IMG/VR virus record: IMGVR_UViG_3300046836_000255
Strand: one strand, 5' to 3'
Source: a virus
DNA: 43,896 nucleotides
The notes under the pieces were generated by a model. The model had not been told where the DNA came from, did no database searches, and saw only the letters and a list, made by a program, of their open reading frames with translations. How positions within the stretch are numbered: the first letter of the stretch is position 1; each line of letters starts with the position of its first letter. Of the stretch, positions 1 through 7,788 are shown piece after piece. Position numbers and translations under genes: made by a program.

Positions 1-127
1 CTTCGTCGCCATGCGCAAGCCATTCGTGCGGAACATTGTAGAGTTGCGCGAGCTGACGAAGTCGGGCGGCACGCGGTTCGTTGGTGCCATCTTCCCACTG
101 CGAGACAGACGAGCGCGTGCATTTCAA
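1..127. repeat. Terminal direct repeat, left copy (identical to 43770-43896)
   Basis: Read directly: cttcgtcgccatgcgcaagcc...gagcgcgtgcatttcaa occurs base for base at both window ends. Confidence 0.95.
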
Positions 128-202
128 TCGCCGGGCAACTTCGCTCTGCGTGATGCCAGTTGCTTCGCGCGCCTCTCTCAGGCGCTGATGCAGAGCACTC
201 AT
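1..202 (-). CDS. CI-like repressor, N-terminal part (partial in window; continues at 43896 across the circular junction)
   Basis: Minus-strand ATG at 202-200 gives MSALHQRLREAREATGITQSEVARRLKCTRSSVSQWEDG..., a typical XRE-type helix-turn-helix. It is in frame with ORF 43384..43896 once the 127-bp overlap is collapsed (about 195 aa in total). Confidence 0.85.
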   Translation of the reverse strand, partial: MSALHQRLREAREATGITQSEVARRLKCTRSSVSQWEDGTNEPRAARLRQLAQLYNVPHEWLAHGDE

Positions 203-553
203 GGCAGCCGCCTACTGATCATTCCTCTTTCTTCCCGGCAGACTTACGTCTTTCACATGCAACAACCTTAATCTTACGACGTTCTCAGCACCATTACTAT
301 GTCGCATACGCGACTCTATGTGTTAATTTGTGATTGACGCCGGCCAGGGGAGGCACCGACGCTACAAGCACCCCCGGACCCCAAACCGTACCGCGACACC
401 AACCAATTGTCACGGTGGGCGAGAACCCAAACCTCTAGGCGAAAAGACCTCCTCCCCCCGACGCGCCTAGAGGAGCGAGGCCGGTCATGTGCGGCGGCAT
501 GTGACCGGCCACCTTCACCCACCGGGAGAGGCGCCGCTGGCGGGAGGTCGCTT
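203..553. promoter_or_regulatory. Divergent intergenic region between the repressor (-) and the rightward early operon (+); probable genetic switch
   Basis: 351 bp non-coding and locally AT-richer (230-340). Inverted repeat GTCGC-ATAC-GCGAC at 301-314, flanked by CTATGT direct repeats. TTGACGC at 334-340 and GCTACAAG at 361-368 resemble alphaproteobacterial -35/-10 elements, but the spacing is long. Confidence 0.55.
432..510 (+). promoter_or_regulatory. Two consecutive strong stem-loops in the leader of the GcrA-like gene
   Basis: Perfect 10-bp inverted repeat cctctaggcg (432-441) / cgcctagagg (464-473). Then a 14-bp stem (two G-U pairs) at 479-492 / 497-510 with loop ggcg. A 5-codon mini-ORF ATG TGC GGC GGC ATG TGA (487-504) lies inside the second hairpin. 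Confidence 0.5.
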
Positions 554-943
554 GTGACATGGAACCAAGAAAAGATCGCGCTGCTACGCCGACTAGTAAC
601 CCGAGGACGAAGCGAAAACGAAATTGGCCGCGAGCTGGGCATCACCAGACAGGCAGTTGACTGTAAGATCAGAAAGGAGGGCTTTGCGCGATTGCGACCG
701 GTGTTCATGCAGCGACGCGCGTGGCCACCACTCGTGACATCACCCCCGCTCAAGCCCCCTGCCACAATCCCCCTCTCATTGAAGGTGCGCATGCTCGATG
801 CAGCGGACAATCAATGCCGCTGGATCAGTGAACCCAACGGAGCGGAGACGTGCGTGTGCGGCCGACGCGTCTTCTATCGCTCATGGTGTCGCCATCACCA
901 CAGCGTCGGACGCGTGCGGCGCCTGAGGGCTGCCCATGCCTAA
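554..943 (+). CDS. gcrA: GcrA-like cell-cycle regulator homologue
   Basis: GTG at 554, 6 nt after GGGAGG (542-547). N-terminus TWNQEKIALLRRLVTRGRSENEIGRELGITRQAVDCKIRK matches the GcrA HTH. C-terminus CRW..P.G...CG......WCxxH matches the GcrA Cys/His signature. Confidence 0.75.
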   Translation: MTWNQEKIALLRRLVTRGRSENEIGRELGITRQAVDCKIRKEGFARLRPVFMQRRAWPPLVTSPPLKPPATIPLSLKVRMLDAADNQCRWISEPNGAETCVCGRRVFYRSWCRHHHSVGRVRRLRAAHA

Positions 944-1244
944 CCGATCAAAGCAGAAGGGCGCGCGGTTCGAGCTGGAGATCGTCGGGCTGCTGCAGGC
1001 CGGCGGCCTCGACGCCGAGAAGGTGCCGCTGTCGGGCGCCATCAAGGGTGGCTCGTTCGAGGGCGACATCGACTGTCTGGTGCGCGGCGTAAAGCGCAAG
1101 CTGGAGTGCAAGCGCCGCAAGCGCGGCTGCACCACCTATTACGGCTTCATGGAGGGCAACTACGCAGTCGTCATGCGTGACGACCGCACGCCGCCGCTGA
1201 TCATGCTGCGGCTGGACGATTTCATCGAGCTGGTGCGCGCATGA
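936..1244 (+). CDS. Hjc-like Holliday junction resolvase / PD-(D/E)XK endonuclease
   Basis: KGARFELEIVGLL..., then GDID and LECK motifs (E...D...E-x-K spacing) in a 102-aa protein. Its start overlaps the upstream stop. Confidence 0.7.
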   Translation: MPNRSKQKGARFELEIVGLLQAGGLDAEKVPLSGAIKGGSFEGDIDCLVRGVKRKLECKRRKRGCTTYYGFMEGNYAVVMRDDRTPPLIMLRLDDFIELVRA

Positions 1245-1531
1245 GCAACATCCCGATTGCACGCAGTCATCTGCGCACGGCGCTTGTTTTTCTGTTTGAG
1301 CAGAATGCAAGCGGCGCGGCACGCGAAATTGAGAGCGCACTCTCGCGCATGAAACGAGAGCAGCCGGTGCGAAAAGCAACCGGCCACCGCGAGTGCATCA
1401 CATGGGATGTGCGTCGCCAAATCCACCACCTGTCGAGGACGTTCCCCGACATGACCATGCACGAGATCGCGACCCAGGTTGGGCTCCGCAGTGTCGGGCG
1501 CGTTTCGGAAATCCTCAACCGACTGAAATAG
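1241..1531 (+). CDS. Hypothetical protein with possible C-terminal HTH
   Basis: ATGA overlap with the upstream gene and coding-like composition. MHEIATQVGLRSVGRVSEIL resembles an HTH. Confidence 0.65.
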   Translation: MSNIPIARSHLRTALVFLFEQNASGAAREIESALSRMKREQPVRKATGHRECITWDVRRQIHHLSRTFPDMTMHEIATQVGLRSVGRVSEILNRLK

Positions 1532-1538
1532 GCAACCC

Positions 1539-1874
1539 ATGAACAGTCTGGCAACCGTCTCCGCGCGTCAATCGCGCGGCGAAACGGAGAAGGAGTCGGC
1601 GCGGCACGAGTCCATCGCGCAACGCTTATGCGGTGAGCAGCGCATGTGGCTCGCGGTGCTCAACCAAGCGATCACCGACGCGACATTCAGCGACACCTCG
1701 CTAGCTGGCTATACGACGCGCAACCGGCAGCGGCTGCTGAAGGCGCGGCGCACCGCGAGGGCGTTCCTCTGCAAGCACTCAGACGACCTCGAATACATCT
1801 GCGACGGCGCAGGCGTTAACGCCGACAAGATACTCGAACAGGCGCGCGAGCTGCGCAACAGGGGCTGGCAATGA
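1539..1874 (+). CDS. Hypothetical protein
   Basis: 111-aa ORF in the operon series; ATGA overlap with the next gene. Confidence 0.65.
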   Translation: MNSLATVSARQSRGETEKESARHESIAQRLCGEQRMWLAVLNQAITDATFSDTSLAGYTTRNRQRLLKARRTARAFLCKHSDDLEYICDGAGVNADKILEQARELRNRGWQ

Positions 1875-2197
1875 CGCCCGATGCAGCAGAGCGCAAACAC
1901 CTCCCGCTCTATCGCGGACTGCTCCGGTATTTCCCCGACGCGCTTTGCGAGGTCGCGCTCTGCAGCCTCGTCGGCAACGCGCAGCACAATGCCGGCGAGC
2001 CGCTGCACTGGGCGCGCGAGAAGAGCACCGACCAGCTCGATGCCGCCGTGCGCCACATCGTAGAGGCCGGCAAGCGCGACGGGGATGGCGTGCGGCACAT
2101 GGCAAAGGCGGCGTGGCGCTGCCTCGCCGAGCTGCAGCTCGAAATCGAACGCGACAGCGGGCCTGCTGTCCATCGCGCCAAGGGAGCGAAATCATGA
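1871..2197 (+). CDS. Protein resembling the N-terminal domain of phage dATP/dGTP diphosphohydrolases (DUF5664-like)
   Basis: Motifs KHLPLY..L.YFPDAL..VA.....G...H........W......D....D.A.RH........D......H.A.A.W..LA.L recalled from that family. Assignment is from memory only. Confidence 0.5.
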   Translation: MTPDAAERKHLPLYRGLLRYFPDALCEVALCSLVGNAQHNAGEPLHWAREKSTDQLDAAVRHIVEAGKRDGDGVRHMAKAAWRCLAELQLEIERDSGPAVHRAKGAKS

Positions 2198-2421
2198 CTG
2201 CATACGAGTTGAACCTGGAGGAGCTGCAGCGGGCTGTCGACAACACTCTCGATGAGTGGCTCGACACGGTTGCCCGGCTTGGCCACGGCACGTCGCAGGA
2301 ACGCGACTTGGCGTTGCTGCTCGTCGGACAGCTACGCCTCACCACACTGCGCCTGGAGGGCATCGAGGCCACGCTCGATAACATCCGCGAAGACGTGCTT
2401 GAGAGGTGGGCCAATGACTAA
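2194..2421 (+). CDS. Hypothetical protein (75 aa)
   Basis: ATG at 2194 preceded by AGGGAG (2181-2186); ATGA coupling with the upstream stop. The longer ORF 1945..2421 has an Arg-rich off-frame-looking N-terminus. Confidence 0.6.
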   Translation: MTAYELNLEELQRAVDNTLDEWLDTVARLGHGTSQERDLALLLVGQLRLTTLRLEGIEATLDNIREDVLERWAND

Positions 2422-3220
2422 CCCATTCACCAAGTTCAACATCGAACACCTGTCGCCGTCGCAGCTCAACACGTTCTCGGCGTCGCCGGCCATGTGGGTG
2501 CTCGAAAGGCTGCTCGGGCACAGGCAGACCGCAGGTGCGCCGATGATCGCCGGCAAGGCGGCCGAGTCGGGTGTCGTCACCGGGCTGTTCGAACCGACGC
2601 TGGAGGTGGAGGGCTGCATCGAGATCGCGCAGGCAGCGTTCAACAGCGAGCTGCTGCAGACCAAGTTCACCAACGGCGGCGGCGATCCACGCACCGAAAA
2701 ATACGTCCAAGTGCTGCCCGGCATGGTGAAGCAGGGCCTCAATCTGCTGCGCCCCTTTGGCGTGCCGTCGAGCACCCAGGGACGAGTCGAATACCGACCC
2801 GAGGGGCTCGCCGTGCCGATCATCGGGATTTACGACCTGATGTACGACGACCGTGGCTGGGTGGTCGACATCAAGACATCGCTGCACATGCCGGACAGGG
2901 ACAAAAGCAGCGACGACGAGAACGCAGTCAAGATCAAGCTGACACATGCGCGGCAGGTGTCGTTCTATAAGCACTGCATCAGCGACAACCTCGACGGTCA
3001 CATCGCCTACCTGACCGACAAGCGGAGCGGCCTGTACCCGATCAGCGACACACGCCTGCATCGCGACGCGCTGGTGCAGATTGCCAAGATCATGCAGCGC
3101 TTTCTCTCGCTCAGTGACGACAGGCACGAGCTGGCCGCGCTCGTGTGCCCCGACTACGAGTCGTTCTACTTCTTCGACAAGCGCGCACGTCGGGCCGCGC
3201 TCGACACCTGGGGTTTCTGA
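2414..3220 (+). CDS. PD-(D/E)XK nuclease (RecB/Cas4/lambda-Exo-like exonuclease)
   Basis: LSPSQLNTFSASPAMW N-terminal motif, IIGIYDL...WVVDIKTS (D...D-x-K) and QVSFYKH (QxxxY). Confidence 0.75.
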   Translation: MTNPFTKFNIEHLSPSQLNTFSASPAMWVLERLLGHRQTAGAPMIAGKAAESGVVTGLFEPTLEVEGCIEIAQAAFNSELLQTKFTNGGGDPRTEKYVQVLPGMVKQGLNLLRPFGVPSSTQGRVEYRPEGLAVPIIGIYDLMYDDRGWVVDIKTSLHMPDRDKSSDDENAVKIKLTHARQVSFYKHCISDNLDGHIAYLTDKRSGLYPISDTRLHRDALVQIAKIMQRFLSLSDDRHELAALVCPDYESFYFFDKRARRAALDTWGF

Positions 3221-3531
3221 TGGAAGCTCACATCGTTCGCCCTAATCTGACCGATGAGCAGCGCGCGGTACATCTACAGATAATCGCGCACGCCACATAC
3301 CAGCAGCTCGAAACGACAGCAAGGATGCTCGGAAATGACCCCGACGCCGTAATGGAGATACTGGAAACAGTCACAGGCATTCATCTCATTATGCGCGAAG
3401 CAGACGCAGCCACGATTGAAGAAGCGCTGCGCAGGTTCGCCGACAATACCATGCGTTTCATGACAGCCGTATACAGAACTTCGAGTGAGGTGATGCAACA
3501 ACACGCCCACGACAACGGCCGTAGCAACTGA
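3220..3531 (+). CDS. Hypothetical protein (103 aa)
   Basis: ATG at 3220 overlaps the upstream TGA; coding-like composition. Confidence 0.65.
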   Translation: MEAHIVRPNLTDEQRAVHLQIIAHATYQQLETTARMLGNDPDAVMEILETVTGIHLIMREADAATIEEALRRFADNTMRFMTAVYRTSSEVMQQHAHDNGRSN

Positions 3532-3543
3532 GAGGAGTATAAC

Positions 3544-4236
3544 ATGGCACTTGGCATTAACACGCAGAGCGGCGGCGACTTCCTGCCGGTCGTCAAGTAC
3601 GACGCCCGAGCTGGGCGTTGGTCGCGCGTCGACCGCAGCAACTCGAACGGTCAATGGGAGAGCAACCCGGTCGACATCACGCAGGTGTTCGGCGCGGTGT
3701 TCGACTTCGCCTCGATCCAGACCGGGTGGATCGATTACACCACGCCATCATTCGTACTCGCGCCGCTCGGCAAGGACCACCCGAGCAAGCCGGGCGAGAA
3801 GTTCAAGGAGGGCTTTCGCCTCCCGGTCAAGCTGGCGAAGGCGGCCGGCGGCGACGTGCGCGAGTTCTCATCGACCGCCAAGGCTGTCGTCAGTGCGGTG
3901 TCGGAGCTGCACGACGCCTACCTTGAGGGCGAGAAGGGCAACGCCGGCATGCTGCCGGTGGTCGCGATGACCGGCGTGCGCGCAATCGTGACCAAGACAC
4001 CGCAGGGCTCGACCACCAACTACTCGCCGATCCTGCGCATCGAGCGCTGGGTCAATCGCCCGGCCGACTTGCCACTCGATCCCGATGCGAAGGTTGGCGC
4101 CAGCATGCCGAAGACGCAGCCGCCGTCGACCAGCTCGGCCGCTGTGCCGCCACCGCAACAGCAGCTGCCGCAGACCAACGCGCAGCAGGCTGCGGCGGCG
4201 CAGACCACTGCCGACAACACCAATGATTTCGGCTGA
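3544..4236 (+). CDS. Hypothetical protein, possible ssDNA-binding protein
   Basis: Globular domain, then a P/Q/A-rich linker and an acidic/aromatic tail (..ADNTNDFG), as in SSB C-termini. It sits between the nuclease and primase genes. The CDS itself is confident; the function is a guess. Confidence 0.4.
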   Translation: MALGINTQSGGDFLPVVKYDARAGRWSRVDRSNSNGQWESNPVDITQVFGAVFDFASIQTGWIDYTTPSFVLAPLGKDHPSKPGEKFKEGFRLPVKLAKAAGGDVREFSSTAKAVVSAVSELHDAYLEGEKGNAGMLPVVAMTGVRAIVTKTPQGSTTNYSPILRIERWVNRPADLPLDPDAKVGASMPKTQPPSTSSAAVPPPQQQLPQTNAQQAAAAQTTADNTNDFG

Positions 4237-4306
4237 CCACCACGAGCTTGGCGGCGGCTGATCACCACCCTTCCCAACCCGCAGCAGCCGCCAGGGACGC
4301 CAACTT

Positions 4307-4343
4307 GAGGGAGCCGCCTCGCATGGGAGGCTCCCTCCCTTTT
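4307..4343 (+). terminator. Candidate intrinsic terminator
   Basis: 9-bp stem gagggagcc (4307-4315) / ggctccctc (4329-4337), 13-nt loop, followed by cctttt. Confidence 0.4.
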
Positions 4344-4355
4344 GGAGGCGAGACG

Positions 4356-4700
4356 ATGATTGAGAACGACGAGTTTAGCGGACCCCATGCACGCAAGTCC
4401 GACCCGGATACATCGCATGACGCTGCAGCGAGCATCAACATCACAGAGCAGGCGTTGATCATCCTGAGAGCATATCAGGACGGGCGCCCCTTGCTGGATG
4501 TCGACGCTTACCGGCGGGCCGGCTTTCCTCCACATGCCTGTGATGGTCAGCGCTGCTCTGATTTGCGCCGTGCAGGATTTATCGAACGTACCGGAGCGAA
4601 AGGCGAAACACCGTCCGGTAAGAGCGCCTATTTGTGCCGCATCACACAAGCTGGCGCAGATCGCCTCAAGGCAACGCAGCTCAAGCGGTGTGTGTTATGA
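4356..4700 (+). CDS. Winged-helix DNA-binding protein
   Basis: ATG at 4356 after GGAGG (4344-4348). Pattern SDPDTSHDAA....IL......G.......Y..AG.......R.SDLRRAGFIE.TG......G....L..IT..G is typical of small phage wHTH proteins. Confidence 0.65.
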   Translation: MIENDEFSGPHARKSDPDTSHDAAASINITEQALIILRAYQDGRPLLDVDAYRRAGFPPHACDGQRCSDLRRAGFIERTGAKGETPSGKSAYLCRITQAGADRLKATQLKRCVL

Positions 4701-4984
4701 ACCACGTACAGCAGCACATCCGGCACGTCGGCGCCAAGTTCAACCACGCCTTGGCCTGGGCGCGGTTTAGCGTGCGCCAGGACCACCGCCTCGTCGGACT
4801 CGACAAGATCAGGAAGGCGATTGCGCACGAGGCGGCGCTGCGCGCTACCGGCTATCCGCCTCGCCCGTTCCTACTGCCACGCGCAGCAGGGCGCGGCAAT
4901 GAAGAGATACAGCTGATCGCCGAGCAGGTGCTCGCTCAGGCAGTCGATTGCGCACGCCAGAATACCAAGCGCCCCGTCACATGA
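4697..4984 (+). CDS. Hypothetical protein (95 aa)
   Basis: ATG at 4697 overlaps the upstream stop (ATGA). Confidence 0.6.
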   Translation: MNHVQQHIRHVGAKFNHALAWARFSVRQDHRLVGLDKIRKAIAHEAALRATGYPPRPFLLPRAAGRGNEEIQLIAEQVLAQAVDCARQNTKRPVT

Positions 4985-5157
4985 AACCGCTGTATCGGAT
5001 CGAGGCGCCGCACTTCGTCGCCGGCTTCGAGCTGGCCGAGGTCAGCGACACGGTGGTCAACGCCGCGCGCGTGATCAAGTACATGGAGGGCTGGGGACTC
5101 GCACGCGCGATGTCCTACTGTAATCGCAGGGGCTGGAAGCTGGAGCGAGTGGAATGA
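4981..5157 (+). CDS. Hypothetical protein (58 aa)
   Basis: ATG at 4981 overlaps the upstream TGA; MKPLYRIEAPHFVAGFEL... Confidence 0.6.
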   Translation: MKPLYRIEAPHFVAGFELAEVSDTVVNAARVIKYMEGWGLARAMSYCNRRGWKLERVE

Positions 5158-5249
5158 AGGACGCGGTTGCTGTGTATTTCGTGACCCTGATCTCTTTCTG
5201 GATAGGGTTTGGATGCGGCTTTTGGGTAGGGCGAGCGCCGAAGGAGTGA
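5154..5249 (+). CDS. Possible 31-aa hydrophobic peptide (below the ORF-track cutoff)
   Basis: ATGA-coupled ORF MKDAVAVYFVTLISFWIGFGCGFWVGRAPKE with one predicted TM helix. It ends just before the primase RBS. Confidence 0.3.
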   Translation: MKDAVAVYFVTLISFWIGFGCGFWVGRAPKE

Positions 5250-5255
5250 GTTCCG

Positions 5256-7358
5256 GTGAAAGCCGACTTCAACGAGATGCTGCGCCACCTGCAGCTGGTG
5301 TTCGCCGGCAGCGAGCAGGGCATGGTCGAGATCGCCTATGGATGCCCGGCGCCCAACAAGGCAACGCTGACCGACACGCACGGGCTGGAGCAGCTCGCGG
5401 GCGAGGCGCTGCAGCAGAACGGACGCGGCTACAACACCTATGTCGGCGCCTGTGTACGCCACCCGCACACGGCGCCATTCGGTCGCGCCAGTGATCGCGA
5501 CGTGATCTGCGCGCCGGCCATCGTAGTCGACCTCGATGAGCAGGGCCGCGCCGAGAACGCACCCAAGCTGTGGGATGACACACCACCATCGTTCTGCGTG
5601 GTGACCGGGTTGCACCCGCACAAGCGCATGCAGATGTGGTGGCTGTTCAATCAGCCGATGCTGTCGCTGGAGATATGGTCGTGCCTGCAGCGCGCAATGG
5701 CGGCGAAGTACGACGGCGACACGACAGTGACAAACCCGTCACGGGTGATGCGCCTCGCCGGCTCGATTGCGCAGCCGGTGAAGGAAGGGCGCGTGCTGGA
5801 GCCGACGTTCCTTGAGAACGTGCGCGATCCGCTGCCGCGCTACAGCGTCGGACAGATCACCGAGCATTGCGAACAGTTCCTTGGCGAACCCACCAACGGC
5901 GCAGCCGCACACACGCCGCCACCACAACACACCACGCCAACCAACTCGCTCGGGCTCAGCAACGGCGCCAAGCTGACCGATGAGCGCGAGCGCTATATGC
6001 GCGACACGGTGCTGGCGTGCTTGCGTGAGTTCATCGGCACGCACGGCGCCGCGCCCGGCGCGCAAGAGCTGTTCGATGCGGTGTGGCCGCAGTACGAGGA
6101 GCATGTCGCCATCGAGGTGCCCGGCAAGCAGACACGCGGCAGCGACGAGGTGTTCGCGAAGTGCGTGAGCACGCTGCAGCGGTTTCACCGTGGCGAGATC
6201 AGCTCGATGCGCGACCTCGATGCGGCGGTCGCCAGTCATCAGGCACGCCATCCCGCTCACGAGGCGGTGGCGTCGCCGCCACTGCAGCCGCAGCCGGGCA
6301 GTAAGCTGCCGCTGATGCTCAGCGAGTGGCTCGGGCGCGATCTTCTACCGCCCGACTTTCTGCTCGGCAATCTGATGTCGACCACGACACGCTCGCTGCT
6401 GATCGCGCCGACCGGCCAGGGCAAGACGATGTTCGCCCTCGCGCTCGGTTTTGCGGTCGCCGCTGGCGCCGATTTCCTGCACTGGCGCGGCCGAGGCAAG
6501 CCGGCGCGCGTGCTCTACATCGACGGCGAGATGTCCAACCGCCTGCTCAAGCAGCGGCTGCAGGACGCCTGCGAGCGTTTCGGCGCCGCGCCAGGGGGGC
6601 TGTTTGCACTCAGCCACGAGGACGTGCCCAACTTCGCCCCGCTCAACACGCCAGCCGGGCAGACTTGCATCGAAGCTGTCATCGAGTGGCTCGGCGGCGT
6701 GGACTTCGTCATCTTCGATAGCGTCATGTGCCTGACCGTCGGCGACATGAAGGAGGAGGAGAGCTGGAGCCAGACCCTGCCTTGGGTACGCAAGCTGACC
6801 GGCCGCGCCATCGGGCAGCTGTGGGTTCACCACACCGGGCACGACGAGACGCACGGCTATGGCACCAAGACGCGCGAGTGGCAGCTCGACCTCGTGATGC
6901 TGATGCAGCCGGAAAAGCGCGACGGGATTGACGTGTCGTTCGCGCTGACGTTCTCCAAGGCGCGCGAGCGAGCGCCGGCCAATCGCGCGGACTTCCAAGA
7001 CGCCAAAATCGCGCTGGTGTGCGGCCGGTGGGAGAGTGAAGCGGCCGAGCGGATGCGCCCGCAACGGGCTTCACCGCTGGCCGCCAAGTTCCTCGACTCG
7101 CTCTACAGCGCCGTGCTGGGCGACAAGGCGAGAACGATGCCCAACGGATGCCGGGCAGCTCACACTGAGGATTGGCGCAGCGAGGCTGTGGCGCGTGGCC
7201 TGATCGATACCGGCGTGAAGGCGCACAGCGCCCGCACCCTATTCGCCAGATACCGGCGCGAGCTGGTCGCCGCCAATCTCGTCGCCTGCGAAGGCGAGTG
7301 GACCTGGGTTCTGCATCACAACGAGAGGAGCGAAACCACATGGACGGCGCCAAGCTGA
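5256..7358 (+). CDS. Bifunctional primase-helicase (AEP prim-pol-like N-terminus fused to a RepA/AAA_25-type helicase)
   Basis: GTG at 5256, 8 nt after AAGGAG. AEP-like motifs VVDLDE and NPSRVMRLAGS. Walker A APTGQGKT, Walker B FVIFDSV, then WVHHTGHD. Confidence 0.88.
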   Translation: MKADFNEMLRHLQLVFAGSEQGMVEIAYGCPAPNKATLTDTHGLEQLAGEALQQNGRGYNTYVGACVRHPHTAPFGRASDRDVICAPAIVVDLDEQGRAENAPKLWDDTPPSFCVVTGLHPHKRMQMWWLFNQPMLSLEIWSCLQRAMAAKYDGDTTVTNPSRVMRLAGSIAQPVKEGRVLEPTFLENVRDPLPRYSVGQITEHCEQFLGEPTNGAAAHTPPPQHTTPTNSLGLSNGAKLTDERERYMRDTVLACLREFIGTHGAAPGAQELFDAVWPQYEEHVAIEVPGKQTRGSDEVFAKCVSTLQRFHRGEISSMRDLDAAVASHQARHPAHEAVASPPLQPQPGSKLPLMLSEWLGRDLLPPDFLLGNLMSTTTRSLLIAPTGQGKTMFALALGFAVAAGADFLHWRGRGKPARVLYIDGEMSNRLLKQRLQDACERFGAAPGGLFALSHEDVPNFAPLNTPAGQTCIEAVIEWLGGVDFVIFDSVMCLTVGDMKEEESWSQTLPWVRKLTGRAIGQLWVHHTGHDETHGYGTKTREWQLDLVMLMQPEKRDGIDVSFALTFSKARERAPANRADFQDAKIALVCGRWESEAAERMRPQRASPLAAKFLDSLYSAVLGDKARTMPNGCRAAHTEDWRSEAVARGLIDTGVKAHSARTLFARYRRELVAANLVACEGEWTWVLHHNERSETTWTAPS

Positions 7359-7771
7359 GCGAAGACGAGGACGATGTCGCCAACGCCGAGGCGTGGGCTC
7401 AGGTCATTGCCCACATGCTGTGGCTGGTGCCGGCAGACCGGCACGCCCGCGTCTTGGAACTCGCCACCCAATACATGGCAGAGGCAGAGGCCAAGCGAGG
7501 CAAGCCGCAATGGGCCGGCACCTTCATGGCAGGGTGGCAGGAGAGCGCCGCCCTTCGGAACTGGAACACGATTATGCGGCTCAAGAGCCTCGTGGTGCAG
7601 GTGTTCGCTCGGGACATTTGCAACAACCACGACCCGGTGACGGCGGCGGTCATCCTGTTCTGCCGCCACCGCTACGGACACGGGTCTGGCCGCTTGTTGG
7701 ATTACCTCAACGGTCTGCCCGAGCACGATCCCGGTGACGGAGACGACGACGTTGACACAGAAACGCCATGA
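7340..7771 (+). CDS. Hypothetical protein with acidic C-terminus
   Basis: ATG at 7340 after GAGGAG (7325-7330); overlaps the primase 3' end; tail DPGDGDDDVDTETP. Confidence 0.6.
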   Translation: MDGAKLSEDEDDVANAEAWAQVIAHMLWLVPADRHARVLELATQYMAEAEAKRGKPQWAGTFMAGWQESAALRNWNTIMRLKSLVVQVFARDICNNHDPVTAAVILFCRHRYGHGSGRLLDYLNGLPEHDPGDGDDDVDTETP

Positions 7772-7788
7772 GGGCGCCATGAAAATGT

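Noticed and set aside
1-127. The 127-bp repeat as a biological direct terminal repeat or att duplication
   Set aside because: It interrupts a coding sequence that becomes continuous once the overlap is collapsed. Its length also matches a k-mer size commonly used by assemblers. It cannot be fully excluded without the reads.
11-271. ORF 11..271 (+), 86 aa
   Set aside because: It lies antisense to the well-supported XRE-type repressor N-terminus and has an Arg-rich off-frame composition.
334-368. TTGACGC ... GCTACAAG as a confident early promoter
   Set aside because: Both hexamer-like elements resemble alphaproteobacterial consensus, but about 20 nt separate them, which is longer than functional spacing. 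It is kept only as a weak note in the switch-region feature.
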